In this document: positions 9,573 to 18,928 of the stretch, in pieces | How positions within the stretch are numbered: position 1 is the stretch's first letter | How the letters are laid out: each line of letters begins with the position of its first letter | Origin: a virus | Lineage: Duplodnaviria > Caudoviricetes | Virus record (IMG/VR): IMGVR_UViG_2630968332_000001 | Span: 1 to 64,000 of that record | Reading direction: 5' to 3' (one strand) | Length of the DNA stretch: 64,000 nucleotides | Translations under genes and position numbers: made by a program | The notes under the pieces: generated by a model | What the model was told of the DNA's origin: nothing | The model's database searches: none | What the model saw: the letters and a program-made list of their open reading frames with translations, nothing else

Positions 9573-10265
9573 ATGATAGACAATAACAATGTATATGTAG
9601 ACAACAAAAACAAATTTTATGTAGTGCTAAACGATGAAGATTATGGATATTTTGAAATAGAAAGTTTAAAAGAAGAGGGCTTTCATTTTGTAAGTGATTG
9701 TATGACTAAAGAAGATGAAGAAAGTTTATTAGAAGAAATAAAAACTTTACCTATTGACAAACAAATAGAATTACTGGAATTAGTAGAAGAAAAAGCTCGA
9801 GTAATGAAAGAATTTAGATTTGACCTTGAAAGTCACCAAGAAGAATTTATAGAATGGTACGGTTATTTTGACCGAGAAGAATTTAATGAATGGTTACAAG
9901 AAGAAGTTATACCAGAAAGATTAGACCTAGATTGGCATGATATAGAAACAGTTTGTGAGTATCTAATTCAATACAAAAAAGAATTTTTATTCTATGAATT
10001 AAGAGGTTACAGTCAAGGCGATATAGCGTACGTATGGAATACTGATACAACATTAAAACTCACTAAAGAATATTTAGAAAGTGTATGTTTTGATAGTTGG
10101 ATAAAAATTTACACTAGCAACGAAGAAGGCGATATATTAGACAATTTAGAAGATTTGCCAGGCTACTATATCAGTAACGAAGGTGCAAATATATATTTAA
10201 ATGAATACATGAAAGAAAAATATAATGCGTGGCTTGCTGATTATGAAGTGACTTATAAACAATAA
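9573..10265 (+). CDS. Highly acidic hypothetical protein
   Basis: E/D-rich, RGYSQGD motif. Confidence 0.8.
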   Translation: MIDNNNVYVDNKNKFYVVLNDEDYGYFEIESLKEEGFHFVSDCMTKEDEESLLEEIKTLPIDKQIELLELVEEKARVMKEFRFDLESHQEEFIEWYGYFDREEFNEWLQEEVIPERLDLDWHDIETVCEYLIQYKKEFLFYELRGYSQGDIAYVWNTDTTLKLTKEYLESVCFDSWIKIYTSNEEGDILDNLEDLPGYYISNEGANIYLNEYMKEKYNAWLADYEVTYKQ

Positions 10266-10290
10266 AAGAATTTTTAGGAGTGTATTAATC

Positions 10291-10497
10291 ATGAAAAATA
10301 AAATTGAATATGTAGGTTTCATCTATTGCTTAGATGATATAGAAGTAGAATTTATCGTTAATGGTGTGAAAAAGAATTTATATATCTACAGTAAAGGTAT
10401 AGAAGATATTCTAACATTCATGGACTATCAAGAAAACGAAGATGTAGATACAATACTAGACAACTATTTTGAAACATATAAGCAAGAAATGTTTTAA
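10291..10497 (+). CDS. Small acidic hypothetical protein
   Basis: AGGAG RBS. Confidence 0.7.
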   Translation: MKNKIEYVGFIYCLDDIEVEFIVNGVKKNLYIYSKGIEDILTFMDYQENEDVDTILDNYFETYKQEMF

Positions 10498-10528
10498 CAA
10501 AAAATAAATTTTAGTGGAGGACAAAACA

Positions 10529-10909
10529 ATGAAAAAAATTAACGGTTTAAAGATTGCTAACGTGATAACAATAATTGGTGTGGTGTGTTTAGGTGTATCT
10601 AGTCATGAATACATTAAACAAAATAAGCAACTCAAAAAAGAAAATTTACATCAAGAAACAGTTATTAAAAAGCAAGAAAAAGAATTGACTTATAACGTCA
10701 AAAACCTTGACTTGCAAAGTGGCAATATTATTAAGACAAAAAAGTTTACACTAGAATACTATGATGATAATCAAAAAGATTTTCATATAGTGCTATATCC
10801 TAACGATAAGAATTTAAGGGTAGTTAGTGAACAAGGTCAAGGTGCAAAGGGTGTAGAAATTGAAAGTGTACCTAGTGATTTTAAAGGTACTACTACAATA
10901 ATTCAATAA
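10529..10909 (+). CDS. Membrane-anchored hypothetical protein
   Basis: N-terminal hydrophobic helix; GGAGG RBS. Confidence 0.75.
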   Translation: MKKINGLKIANVITIIGVVCLGVSSHEYIKQNKQLKKENLHQETVIKKQEKELTYNVKNLDLQSGNIIKTKKFTLEYYDDNQKDFHIVLYPNDKNLRVVSEQGQGAKGVEIESVPSDFKGTTTIIQ

Positions 10910-11024
10910 AAATAAATTTCAGTGTTGACAAAATAAAATAAAGAGTTATAATACAGTTATCAAGTTAAAGGTATAGAGAATAACTTGATAACAAAAAATA
11001 ATTTAAGAAAAAGAGGTAATTAAA

Positions 11025-11669
11025 ATGACAAACGAAGAAATTTTTGGAATTATGGATGACGTGGTTAATGCGTGGGGTTTATATATCGAAGATATAAATA
11101 TATATACCAATGACCTAGAGGCTACTATTGTAGGTCAATACGACAGTAGAATTTACTACACTTACAACGATATAGATGAATTAGAAGGTAAGTCAGAAAA
11201 AGAAATTTTTGCAAGTTTAGAAAAGCAACTTATTGAAACACTAGAAGATTTTGACGCCGAAGAAGAGTTCGAAAACTTAGACTTGAATGAAGCAAGAATT
11301 TTAGAAAACATGAAACTTGATGAAAAAGATTTTAAAGAAACCGTATGGATGTATGAACAAAAACAAAAAGGTAAAGAAGTATCAAGTTTTGAATTGGCTT
11401 TGACACATGAATTACAAAAACTAGGTCAACTTATGAATGATGAAGTTTATCCTGGTATGGTAGCAGCATATGCAGTAGATATTTCAAGAGTTAGATGGTC
11501 AAATGAAATTTATGAGTATATGAAAGAAAAAAATATTGATATGAGTAATGCTGATTATTATGACGTTAATTTCTTTAGCATTGTGAAAAGGGATTACTTA
11601 ATAACTGAGTTGTGGACTCAAGGCAAGAAGGATGAGGCGGTAAAACAATTTCAAAAAAACGTATTTTAA
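11025..11669 (+). CDS. Acidic hypothetical protein
   Basis: Own TTGACA/TATAAT promoter near 10925; GAGG RBS. Confidence 0.8.
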   Translation: MTNEEIFGIMDDVVNAWGLYIEDINIYTNDLEATIVGQYDSRIYYTYNDIDELEGKSEKEIFASLEKQLIETLEDFDAEEEFENLDLNEARILENMKLDEKDFKETVWMYEQKQKGKEVSSFELALTHELQKLGQLMNDEVYPGMVAAYAVDISRVRWSNEIYEYMKEKNIDMSNADYYDVNFFSIVKRDYLITELWTQGKKDEAVKQFQKNVF

Positions 11670-11698
11670 AACAGTTAAGAGTCTGGAGAAGAAATAAA

Positions 11699-11774
11699 AA
11701 GGTATCTAGTCGGTAGAAAGTTTACAACTTGTAAGGTTCGAGTCCTTACTACCTTATATATCCTAATCAGGATA
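11699..11774 (+). ncRNA. tRNA-like mini-element plus leader hairpin (E5)
   Basis: gtaagg-TTCGAGT-ccttac; aaggta/tacctt stem. Confidence 0.75.
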
Positions 11775-11805
11775 GAAAAATAATTTTATATAGGAGGTAT
11801 CTATT

Positions 11806-12417
11806 ATGAAAAAGTTTATAGATACAGTAAATAAAAAAGAATTGTTGGTAAGTGAAGAATTGTATTTTGCAAGTGATTTTACAAGTGATTTGTACAGTGA
11901 AGGCATCCATGTTGTAACTAACGAATATATGGATTACTCAGACTCTTTAGAGGATATATGCGAAGCATTTAATAGTTTAGATGATGAATTGAAAAATAAT
12001 TATTTCAGACAACCAACTGAAAAAGAGTTATTAGATGTGTGGAATGAATCGGGATTTGAAAACGAACCTTTTGATAAAGAATTGGCAACGGGATTTTATT
12101 ATGATGATTGCGTTCGTGATGAAATTTCTGAAAATTCTTTTGATTTTTTAGATTGGTTAGATAGTGTAAACAAAAACTTTACCTACATTTCATTAAGTGA
12201 TTATACAGATTTTGTGGATTTAATCGAATATCATCCTTATGGTGAAAAAAATGAATTATTAGAAGATACAGATTATTTAGAAAAAGTATTTTTTAAAGAA
12301 TGGTATTCAGTATTTAGCAAAGATAGTGGGGTAGAAGAAAAATTTAGCTTAGATAATTCAAACATGTTGGATAGATACATGTTTGAAAACTACAATGCTT
12401 TAGAAGTAACTAAGTAA
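11806..12417 (+). CDS. Highly acidic hypothetical protein
   Basis: AGGAGG RBS; D/E-rich. Confidence 0.8.
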   Translation: MKKFIDTVNKKELLVSEELYFASDFTSDLYSEGIHVVTNEYMDYSDSLEDICEAFNSLDDELKNNYFRQPTEKELLDVWNESGFENEPFDKELATGFYYDDCVRDEISENSFDFLDWLDSVNKNFTYISLSDYTDFVDLIEYHPYGEKNELLEDTDYLEKVFFKEWYSVFSKDSGVEEKFSLDNSNMLDRYMFENYNALEVTK

Positions 12418-12479
12418 AGAAAATTTTCCAAGAATTTCAATAACAAAAAATAATTCAAGTAAAAAGGGTGGTAATCAAT

Positions 12480-12677
12480 ATGTACAATCAGGAATTTTAC
12501 GGAGGGCTTTTCATGATGAGTTTTGTTGCGTTGGTAATAATTCTGATGGGTAGCTATCATGCTGTTTGTTGGTTATTCAAGAAAAGAAGGTTTCTTTTAA
12601 AGTTGATGTTATTCATACCATACACAATTTTGACTTTATTGTTGGTCGGTATCAAAGCATTAAATAACAAAATATAA
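12480..12677 (+). CDS. Small membrane protein
   Basis: Two hydrophobic segments. Confidence 0.65.
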   Translation: MYNQEFYGGLFMMSFVALVIILMGSYHAVCWLFKKRRFLLKLMLFIPYTILTLLLVGIKALNNKI

Positions 12678-12711
12678 GAATAAAAAATAATTATTAAAGG
12701 TGGTAATTAAA

Positions 12712-13524
12712 ATGACAAAAACAGAAATTAAAGTAAATGCAAAAGAATTAGTAAAAGGATACAAAGAAATTTTAGTACATGTTTCAAAATCAAGTTTCAG
12801 ACCTATATTAGCAACACTTAATCATGTAGTAGAAAACAATAAATTAACTTTAGTTGCTACTGATACACATTCACTAGGTAAATTAACGCTTGATTGTGAA
12901 AATAACAATGATGTTGAGTTTGCAGTACCTAGAAAAGCAATTCAAGCAGTAGCAAAGTTAAAAAATAAAGAATTAGTTGATAAAGAAATTATCCTTGAAT
13001 TTTCTGATAACAAAATCAATTACATTGTGAATGGTAAAGAATTTATTAGCTCAATGACAGAAAGTAATTATCCAAGTGTTGAAAGAATTTTACCAGTGGT
13101 AAACGAAGATAGAAATATTACGTTCAATATTCGTGAATTAAAAGAATTTATCAAACATATTAAAGAAACTGGTTACCACAGAAAGAATTGGAATAATAAA
13201 ACAATTCAATCAAATATTAAATTTATCAAGGGTCAATTCGTATTTAGTTATGAATACGAAGATGAAGAAGGTAGTGTCTACTACAAAAAAGAAAACATTG
13301 ATTGTGTTGTAACTAAGGGGTTCACTGATGATTACGATATTAACTTAAATATCTATGAATTGGAAAAACACGTAAATAAATTCTTAGTTGGTAACAAAAC
13401 AATCACATTAGCTTTTGTTGAAAAAGAATTTATGAATAGTCAAAACGTCAGACCAATTCAAGTAACATATAACGGTTTAGATAATTACGTTGGTGTGTTA
13501 GCACCAATGAGGGCTTTTAGATAG
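12712..13524 (+). CDS. Beta sliding clamp (DnaN)-like protein, two-domain length
   Basis: SFRPILA, LVATDTHSL, NYPSVERILP, C-terminal VLAPMR match DnaN motifs. Confidence 0.75.
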   Translation: MTKTEIKVNAKELVKGYKEILVHVSKSSFRPILATLNHVVENNKLTLVATDTHSLGKLTLDCENNNDVEFAVPRKAIQAVAKLKNKELVDKEIILEFSDNKINYIVNGKEFISSMTESNYPSVERILPVVNEDRNITFNIRELKEFIKHIKETGYHRKNWNNKTIQSNIKFIKGQFVFSYEYEDEEGSVYYKKENIDCVVTKGFTDDYDINLNIYELEKHVNKFLVGNKTITLAFVEKEFMNSQNVRPIQVTYNGLDNYVGVLAPMRAFR

Positions 13525-13595
13525 TAGAAAAATAAAGAAAAATTAGTTAGAAAATCGAAAACAAAAATAATTTAAAAATTAAAGGGTGGTTAATT

Positions 13596-13985
13596 ATGAT
13601 GGAAAATAACTTATTTGTAGCAACAATGTTAGGCTGTGGCACTAATGACTTGGATGTATTTTTTGGTAGATTAGATAAATATGAAGATACGGTATTTTTG
13701 CATGACGAAGAATTTTCATATGAAAAATTAATCGAAGAAACAAAATTTATGTTTGGTAGTGAATATGGTTTTAACGATTTAATGGAGGCTTTAGACTGCA
13801 TGGCGGTTGATAGTGCATTAGGTCAAATAGAGAAATCAGAAAAATTTAATGAATTTGATGATTTAGTACATGAAAGTATGCAAGGTTGGTACAACTATGC
13901 AGACAATAACTTTTACTTTGACAATGAAGAAGAGTTAGAAAAATTTGATGAATGGAAAGAATTTTCAGAATTATTAGGTTTATAA
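13596..13985 (+). CDS. Highly acidic hypothetical protein
   Basis: D/E-rich ORF. Confidence 0.75.
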   Translation: MMENNLFVATMLGCGTNDLDVFFGRLDKYEDTVFLHDEEFSYEKLIEETKFMFGSEYGFNDLMEALDCMAVDSALGQIEKSEKFNEFDDLVHESMQGWYNYADNNFYFDNEEELEKFDEWKEFSELLGL

Positions 13986-14000
13986 AGGGTGGTAACAAAA

Positions 14001-14261
14001 ATGAAAAACACAATTCAAGTAAACAATGTAAGTAATAAGGTTTTAGAAATGTTGGTAGATGATTTTGAAAATAAGTATTCTTTTGATACCAGTTATTTTG
14101 TAGACTTCATCTTCTATGGAGTAAAAGAAAAAATTCTAGGTATGAAACCAATGAAATACATTATTGTTTTGAGTAATGCAAACAAAATAATTTTAACTGA
14201 CGACAATCAACTATACGAAGATATGTACAAAAATAATTTTAAAGAATATATGGAAAACTAG
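14001..14261 (+). CDS. Hypothetical protein
   Basis: AAGGGTGG RBS. Confidence 0.7.
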   Translation: MKNTIQVNNVSNKVLEMLVDDFENKYSFDTSYFVDFIFYGVKEKILGMKPMKYIIVLSNANKIILTDDNQLYEDMYKNNFKEYMEN

Positions 14262-14275
14262 AGGAGGAGTTAATT

Positions 14276-14515
14276 ATGAAAGTAAGAAATTTTAAAGAAT
14301 TAAACAGTGAATATCCAATGGTTGTTGAGTTGGTAGTATATAAACCAACTTTTAGAAAGCGTGTAGATATTGTTGTAAATCAAGAAATAACTTTAGCTTT
14401 AGCAAGTAATATTGTTGCTTATGTAATACCAAGAAGTCTAAACGATAGAGTGAGAAAAGTCTGGGATATGGATTACATAGACAATCAGACAATCATTACA
14501 GTTGATTATGAATAA
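14276..14515 (+). CDS. Hypothetical protein
   Basis: GAGGAGG RBS. Confidence 0.7.
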   Translation: MKVRNFKELNSEYPMVVELVVYKPTFRKRVDIVVNQEITLALASNIVAYVIPRSLNDRVRKVWDMDYIDNQTIITVDYE

Positions 14516-14545
14516 AAGAATTTTTAACAAAGGGTGGTAATTAAG

Positions 14546-14785
14546 ATGAAAGAAAGAAAATTTAATGTGTACGTGAAAGATAGATTAGTAGGTCAAATAA
14601 CATATGATAACTGGGTTTACTTTGATGATTATCGTACCAATGAATACGATATTGACCTAGATATAAAAGATTTAGATGAGGCAATGGAAACTTTGATTGA
14701 TTACTACATTAAAGATATACCTTGCAATTATGAAGATGTTGGTTTTGTTGAGTTAGTTAATAAAGAAAATTTAGTTGAAATTTAA
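14546..14785 (+). CDS. Acidic hypothetical protein
   Basis: AAGGGTGG RBS. Confidence 0.7.
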   Translation: MKERKFNVYVKDRLVGQITYDNWVYFDDYRTNEYDIDLDIKDLDEAMETLIDYYIKDIPCNYEDVGFVELVNKENLVEI

Positions 14786-14832
14786 GGCTCGGATAAAATA
14801 ACGATTTTATAAACGCTATAAACGTTGGTATG

Positions 14833-14923
14833 CAGGGTAATTGGTATAATACAATAAAATAATTTATTGCATTTTAAGGTTCGATTCCTTTTTACCTTGT
14901 CAGTTTGAAACACAATTCAAACT
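14833..14923 (+). ncRNA. tRNA-like mini-element plus leader hairpin (E6)
   Basis: cagggtaa/ttaccttg stem, aagg-TTCGATT-cctt T-arm. Confidence 0.65.
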
Positions 14924-14950
14924 AAAAAAAATAATTTTAGGAGTGATTAT

Positions 14951-15256
14951 ATGCAAGCTATACGATATGGCGAAGCCTTGAATTATCTGTTTGAGTTTTG
15001 CTTGTCTACTGGTAAAGAATTTCCGAAAGACTGGCGAAAGATAGACAATAGATTTTTTAATGGAATAAAAGATAATAAATTGAAAGATGAAGTGAAGATG
15101 TGTGTTGATGTTATAAGTAACCATTCAATTAGTAAGAATGGAAAAATTATACCTAAATCAAAACGTGAAAGAAAAATTAATAGAGTGTTTAGACTGCAAA
15201 AATACTCGAACATGATATTAACTTTCATTACGGTAAACATACAAAAAGCATTTTAG
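14951..15256 (+). CDS. Hypothetical protein
   Basis: AGGAG RBS. Confidence 0.7.
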   Translation: MQAIRYGEALNYLFEFCLSTGKEFPKDWRKIDNRFFNGIKDNKLKDEVKMCVDVISNHSISKNGKIIPKSKRERKINRVFRLQKYSNMILTFITVNIQKAF

Positions 15257-15267
15257 AAAGCGAAGGA

Positions 15268-15546
15268 TTGCGTTTGAGCAATATGTACTCAGCATTAGAT
15301 AATCATGATGATTACTTATCACAAAGAGAAAATGGTAAAAGAATTTTCTTGATTGATAGAGAAATGATTATCCATAAAACATATGATGATGTACACGTTG
15401 CAAGTAAAGAATACGGTGTCCAACCTTACAATATTTACGATTGGTGCAATCGAGGTGCTTATCGTTTTAATGGAAAAAGAATGATTAAAGCACATACGTA
15501 CAGTAACTTAATATGCAAAAATAAAGAATTTCATTATCAATTTTAG
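15268..15546 (+). CDS. Small NUMOD1-like DNA-binding protein
   Basis: TYDDVHVASKEYGV...IYDWCN pattern. Confidence 0.5.
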   Translation: MRLSNMYSALDNHDDYLSQRENGKRIFLIDREMIIHKTYDDVHVASKEYGVQPYNIYDWCNRGAYRFNGKRMIKAHTYSNLICKNKEFHYQF

Positions 15547-15585
15547 GTAGCAAAAACAATTTGAATTTGAAAGGGTGTCTTAAAT

Positions 15586-15864
15586 ATGGAAAACAAAGAA
15601 GAATTAGCAACAAAATTATTAAACGTATCATTAAAAGCAATTAACGACAAAGAATTGAATCTAGAAGAAAAGAGTGTTGTGTACATTCTGATAAACAAAA
15701 TTTTAACTATTGGATATGAAAATGCAATGGGCGAGTTATTGCATGAAGAAAAATTTTATGAAGGATTCGGCTTTACATACAACTATCCAACGTTAGTAAC
15801 TAAGTTTCTGATGAGTAATTACTTTAATGAAATTCGTGAAATTTTGAATGGTGGTGAAAAATAA
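15586..15864 (+). CDS. Hypothetical protein
   Basis: ORF in operon. Confidence 0.7.
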   Translation: MENKEELATKLLNVSLKAINDKELNLEEKSVVYILINKILTIGYENAMGELLHEEKFYEGFGFTYNYPTLVTKFLMSNYFNEIREILNGGEK

Positions 15865-16550
15865 TGGAAAAAGAAAAAATTCTAGTAGAAGTTAAACAAT
15901 TTGAACGTGAGCTACAAATGCAAAATAAGGTGCTTGCAGCTTTAAATACAGTAGATGATGTTAAGTTAGTCGTTATTGAAAATGAATTGTTAGATATGTT
16001 CAAAAAGAAATTAAACATGAAATTGAAATCATGGGGTGCTAGTGAAGGCATGGCAGAAAATTACTTAAATGTTAGTTGGGATAGAAAAGTTATGGTTATG
16101 TCTTTAGACAGAGAGAAGGTAAAGGTTAGATTGGGCTTAAAAGGAATAAAAAGATTTAAGTTTGACAACTATACACTAGATGAAACTTTAGAGTTAATAA
16201 GAGGGGAAATATACCGTCAAGGTATTGAAGATAATCCCAAAGCTATTGTTTTTAAGAAAAATTTGGTAGGTGGTACAGTCCCAACACCAGAAGCTATGAA
16301 ACGAAGATATGATTTAAGTTGGAATGACATTCTTGACAGAATAGGATTAAAACAAAAGAGTTCAAAGAAAACAAACGAACAGGTTTTAGCAGAATTAAAA
16401 GCAGAAATAATTCGTGTGGGTATGAAACCACCATATAGCAGAAGTGAATACGAGAAGAAAAGAAATCCTGAAATAAGTCCAGTACCGTCAACAGTCATGG
16501 TTCGTACTGGTAAGAGCTGGAAAGAAATTATGAAGGAAATTATGAACTAG
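15864..16550 (+). CDS. Protein with duplicated helical DNA-binding-like repeats
   Basis: Two EIxRxG...VPxP...SWxxI repeats; paralog of 17663. Confidence 0.65.
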   Translation: MEKEKILVEVKQFERELQMQNKVLAALNTVDDVKLVVIENELLDMFKKKLNMKLKSWGASEGMAENYLNVSWDRKVMVMSLDREKVKVRLGLKGIKRFKFDNYTLDETLELIRGEIYRQGIEDNPKAIVFKKNLVGGTVPTPEAMKRRYDLSWNDILDRIGLKQKSSKKTNEQVLAELKAEIIRVGMKPPYSRSEYEKKRNPEISPVPSTVMVRTGKSWKEIMKEIMN

Positions 16551-16698
16551 AAAATGATTTGAATTTAAAAGGGTGTCATCACTTTAGGAGGTGGTTAAAT
16601 TGATTGTTTAACAAGCGTAGTTGTAACTACGGGGTATAAATAATGTTGGAATTAGAAAGAAATTTTATTATGAAGAAACATTTTAGGAGGATTTCAAG

Positions 16699-17484
16699 AT
16701 GAATAATGTATTAGACATGAGTAATGAATTAATTAAGGTAGAAGTTAACGACAGAATGGAACAAGTTGTGAGTGCGAGAGAATTACACAAGGGCTTGGGA
16801 TTAACAACACGTTTTAGTAAGTGGGTATCACAAAACTTTAAAAACTTCATTGAAGATGAGGATTTTACGAGCGTAACTGGAGTTACGGACATGCCAAACG
16901 GCGGTACAAAGGTAATTCAAGACTATGTTATCACAGTTGGTATGGCGAAAGAATTAGCTATGATGAGTAAATCTGAAAAGGGAAAACAGTACAGAAAATA
17001 CTTTTTAGAGTTAGAAAGAAAATGGAATGACCCACAAGAAGTCGTTAAACGTGGTTATGAAATTTTAAAGAATGAAAATATTAAGTTAAAAATTGAGAAC
17101 AATAATATCAAAAAAGAAAAATTAGCTATTGAGCAACAATACAATGAAGCTAAACCAAAAATCACTTACTACGATATTATCTTACAAAATCCATCGCTTG
17201 TATCAATTACACAAATTGCTAAGGATTATGGTATGAGTGGCAAAGCTATGAACCAAAAATTAAAAGAATTAAAACTTCAATTCAAGCAAGGCGATACATG
17301 GTTCTTGTATGCAAAATATCAAGATAAAGGTTGGACTTCATCAGAAACAAAAGTTATCCCAACTCAATATGGCGATAAAGTAAAAATGTACACTAAGTGG
17401 ACACAAAAAGGTCGTTTGGCATTGTACGACATCTTAAAAGAAAAAGGTATCTTACCTATGATTGAAAGAAACAATCAAGATTAA
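16699..17484 (+). CDS. Phage antirepressor (AntA/AntB plus KilAC domain)
   Basis: VSARELH, AKELAM, PKITYYD...TQIAKDYGMS...WTQKGR. Confidence 0.92.
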   Translation: MNNVLDMSNELIKVEVNDRMEQVVSARELHKGLGLTTRFSKWVSQNFKNFIEDEDFTSVTGVTDMPNGGTKVIQDYVITVGMAKELAMMSKSEKGKQYRKYFLELERKWNDPQEVVKRGYEILKNENIKLKIENNNIKKEKLAIEQQYNEAKPKITYYDIILQNPSLVSITQIAKDYGMSGKAMNQKLKELKLQFKQGDTWFLYAKYQDKGWTSSETKVIPTQYGDKVKMYTKWTQKGRLALYDILKEKGILPMIERNNQD

Positions 17485-17662
17485 GATACCAAAATAAAAA
17501 TAATTTTGAAAATTATCTTTAGCACGAACAACTAAAGATTAACACAAAAAATTATTTTTTCCCAGCTTTCTGGGTTTTTAAATATTCCCTAGTAATAGGG
17601 GGTATCTAAAAGTTCAGAACAATGAGCTTTAAAAAATAAACAAAAGAAAGTAGGAATTAATC

Positions 17663-18409
17663 ATGGGAAAATTTGAATACAAGGATTTAGAACATATGAA
17701 AGAAGTAGTTAGAAATGAAATTATACGATTGGGCATTCAAGATGACCCAAAGGTGCAATCTTACAATGATGGGTACATTCGTGGTAAAGCACCAAGTCCA
17801 AGTTTTATCTTTTCAAAATCTAAGATGACATGGATTGAATTTATAGAAGAAATTGGTTTTAAGTCAATCTCACGAAAAGAAAGTAGTGAAACAGGTAAAC
17901 GTAATTTAGGTAAGAAGTATGCAAAAGTAGGTAAGCAAGCATGGAAAAGTGATAGCTTCAGAAAAAGAATTATGGACGAAGCGGTAACAGCTATGCACGA
18001 AGGTGGATATGGCATGCAAACTGAATTGAGTAAGTATTTTAAGAATGATATTGGCATTGGTTTTGGAACATTTTTAAATCATGATTTTACTTATGGCGAC
18101 TTTATTCACGCTTACGTGGAAAAGTACGGTGAACTACCACATGGTGTAAGAAGTACATGGAAATATGCTACAGATAAAGAATTAATTAACGGTATGGAAA
18201 ATTTATTCAAGAAATATGAATGCACTAGCTTCTGGGACTACATCAGAAAAAATCATGACTCGCTTGCACCAGACTCAAAGTTGTTAATGAGGAGATTGGG
18301 TAAAAAGAATGTTTACGTATTAGCAAATGGTTTTGCAGAACGATATGGAGAATTTGGTAAAGCTAAAAGTATTAATAGAAATAAAGGCATTGGTAAGAGA
18401 TGGGCATAA
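17663..18409 (+). CDS. Repeat-containing hypothetical DNA-binding protein
   Basis: EIIRLGIQDDPK...APSP...TWIEFIEEIG, similar to 15864. Confidence 0.65.
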   Translation: MGKFEYKDLEHMKEVVRNEIIRLGIQDDPKVQSYNDGYIRGKAPSPSFIFSKSKMTWIEFIEEIGFKSISRKESSETGKRNLGKKYAKVGKQAWKSDSFRKRIMDEAVTAMHEGGYGMQTELSKYFKNDIGIGFGTFLNHDFTYGDFIHAYVEKYGELPHGVRSTWKYATDKELINGMENLFKKYECTSFWDYIRKNHDSLAPDSKLLMRRLGKKNVYVLANGFAERYGEFGKAKSINRNKGIGKRWA

Positions 18410-18425
18410 TCAAGGAGGAATTAAC

Positions 18426-18722
18426 ATGGAATTAACATTCGCAGATAAAAACACAGAAATGATTTACAAGAAAAAGTTTTCTAAGAAGATACCACATCAG
18501 ATACAGAAAACAGCATACAAGAAGTTGGCATTGTTAGATGAGGCAGATAGCGTAGGTGATTTAAAAGCAATACCTTCTAATCGCTTAGAGTTTCTAAAAG
18601 GCAGCATGAAGGGTGGTAAGAAAAATAAATATAGTATTAGAGTAAATAAGCAATACAGAATATTATTTGAATACATCGCAGATATGTTTTGCAATGTTGA
18701 GTTGGTAGACTACCACATCTAA
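18426..18722 (+). CDS. higB: HigB/RelE plasmid-killer family toxin, orphan
   Basis: DLKAIPSNRLEFLKG...YSIRVNKQYRILF...VDYH; AAGGAGG RBS before ATG 18426. Confidence 0.88.
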   Translation: MELTFADKNTEMIYKKKFSKKIPHQIQKTAYKKLALLDEADSVGDLKAIPSNRLEFLKGSMKGGKKNKYSIRVNKQYRILFEYIADMFCNVELVDYHI

Positions 18723-18928
18723 TGGTTAGGCGATTAAAAGAATTTTTACCAAAAAATATAAATGAAAATATTTTTCAAATTAAAAGGGTGTCAGCGTGCT
18801 GCTTGGGGTGAGTTGACGTGCTACAATCAGTCAAGATAGATAAAATGAAATTGATATTGATAAACTTATAAAAAACCAAGATAATAAAGATATAAGATTG
18901 AGAAGGATAAGAAAGGGAGTACAGGATA

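Noticed and set aside
18327-18425. N-terminal extension of HigB in the ORF track
   Set aside because: Overlaps the upstream gene; strong RBS precedes ATG 18426
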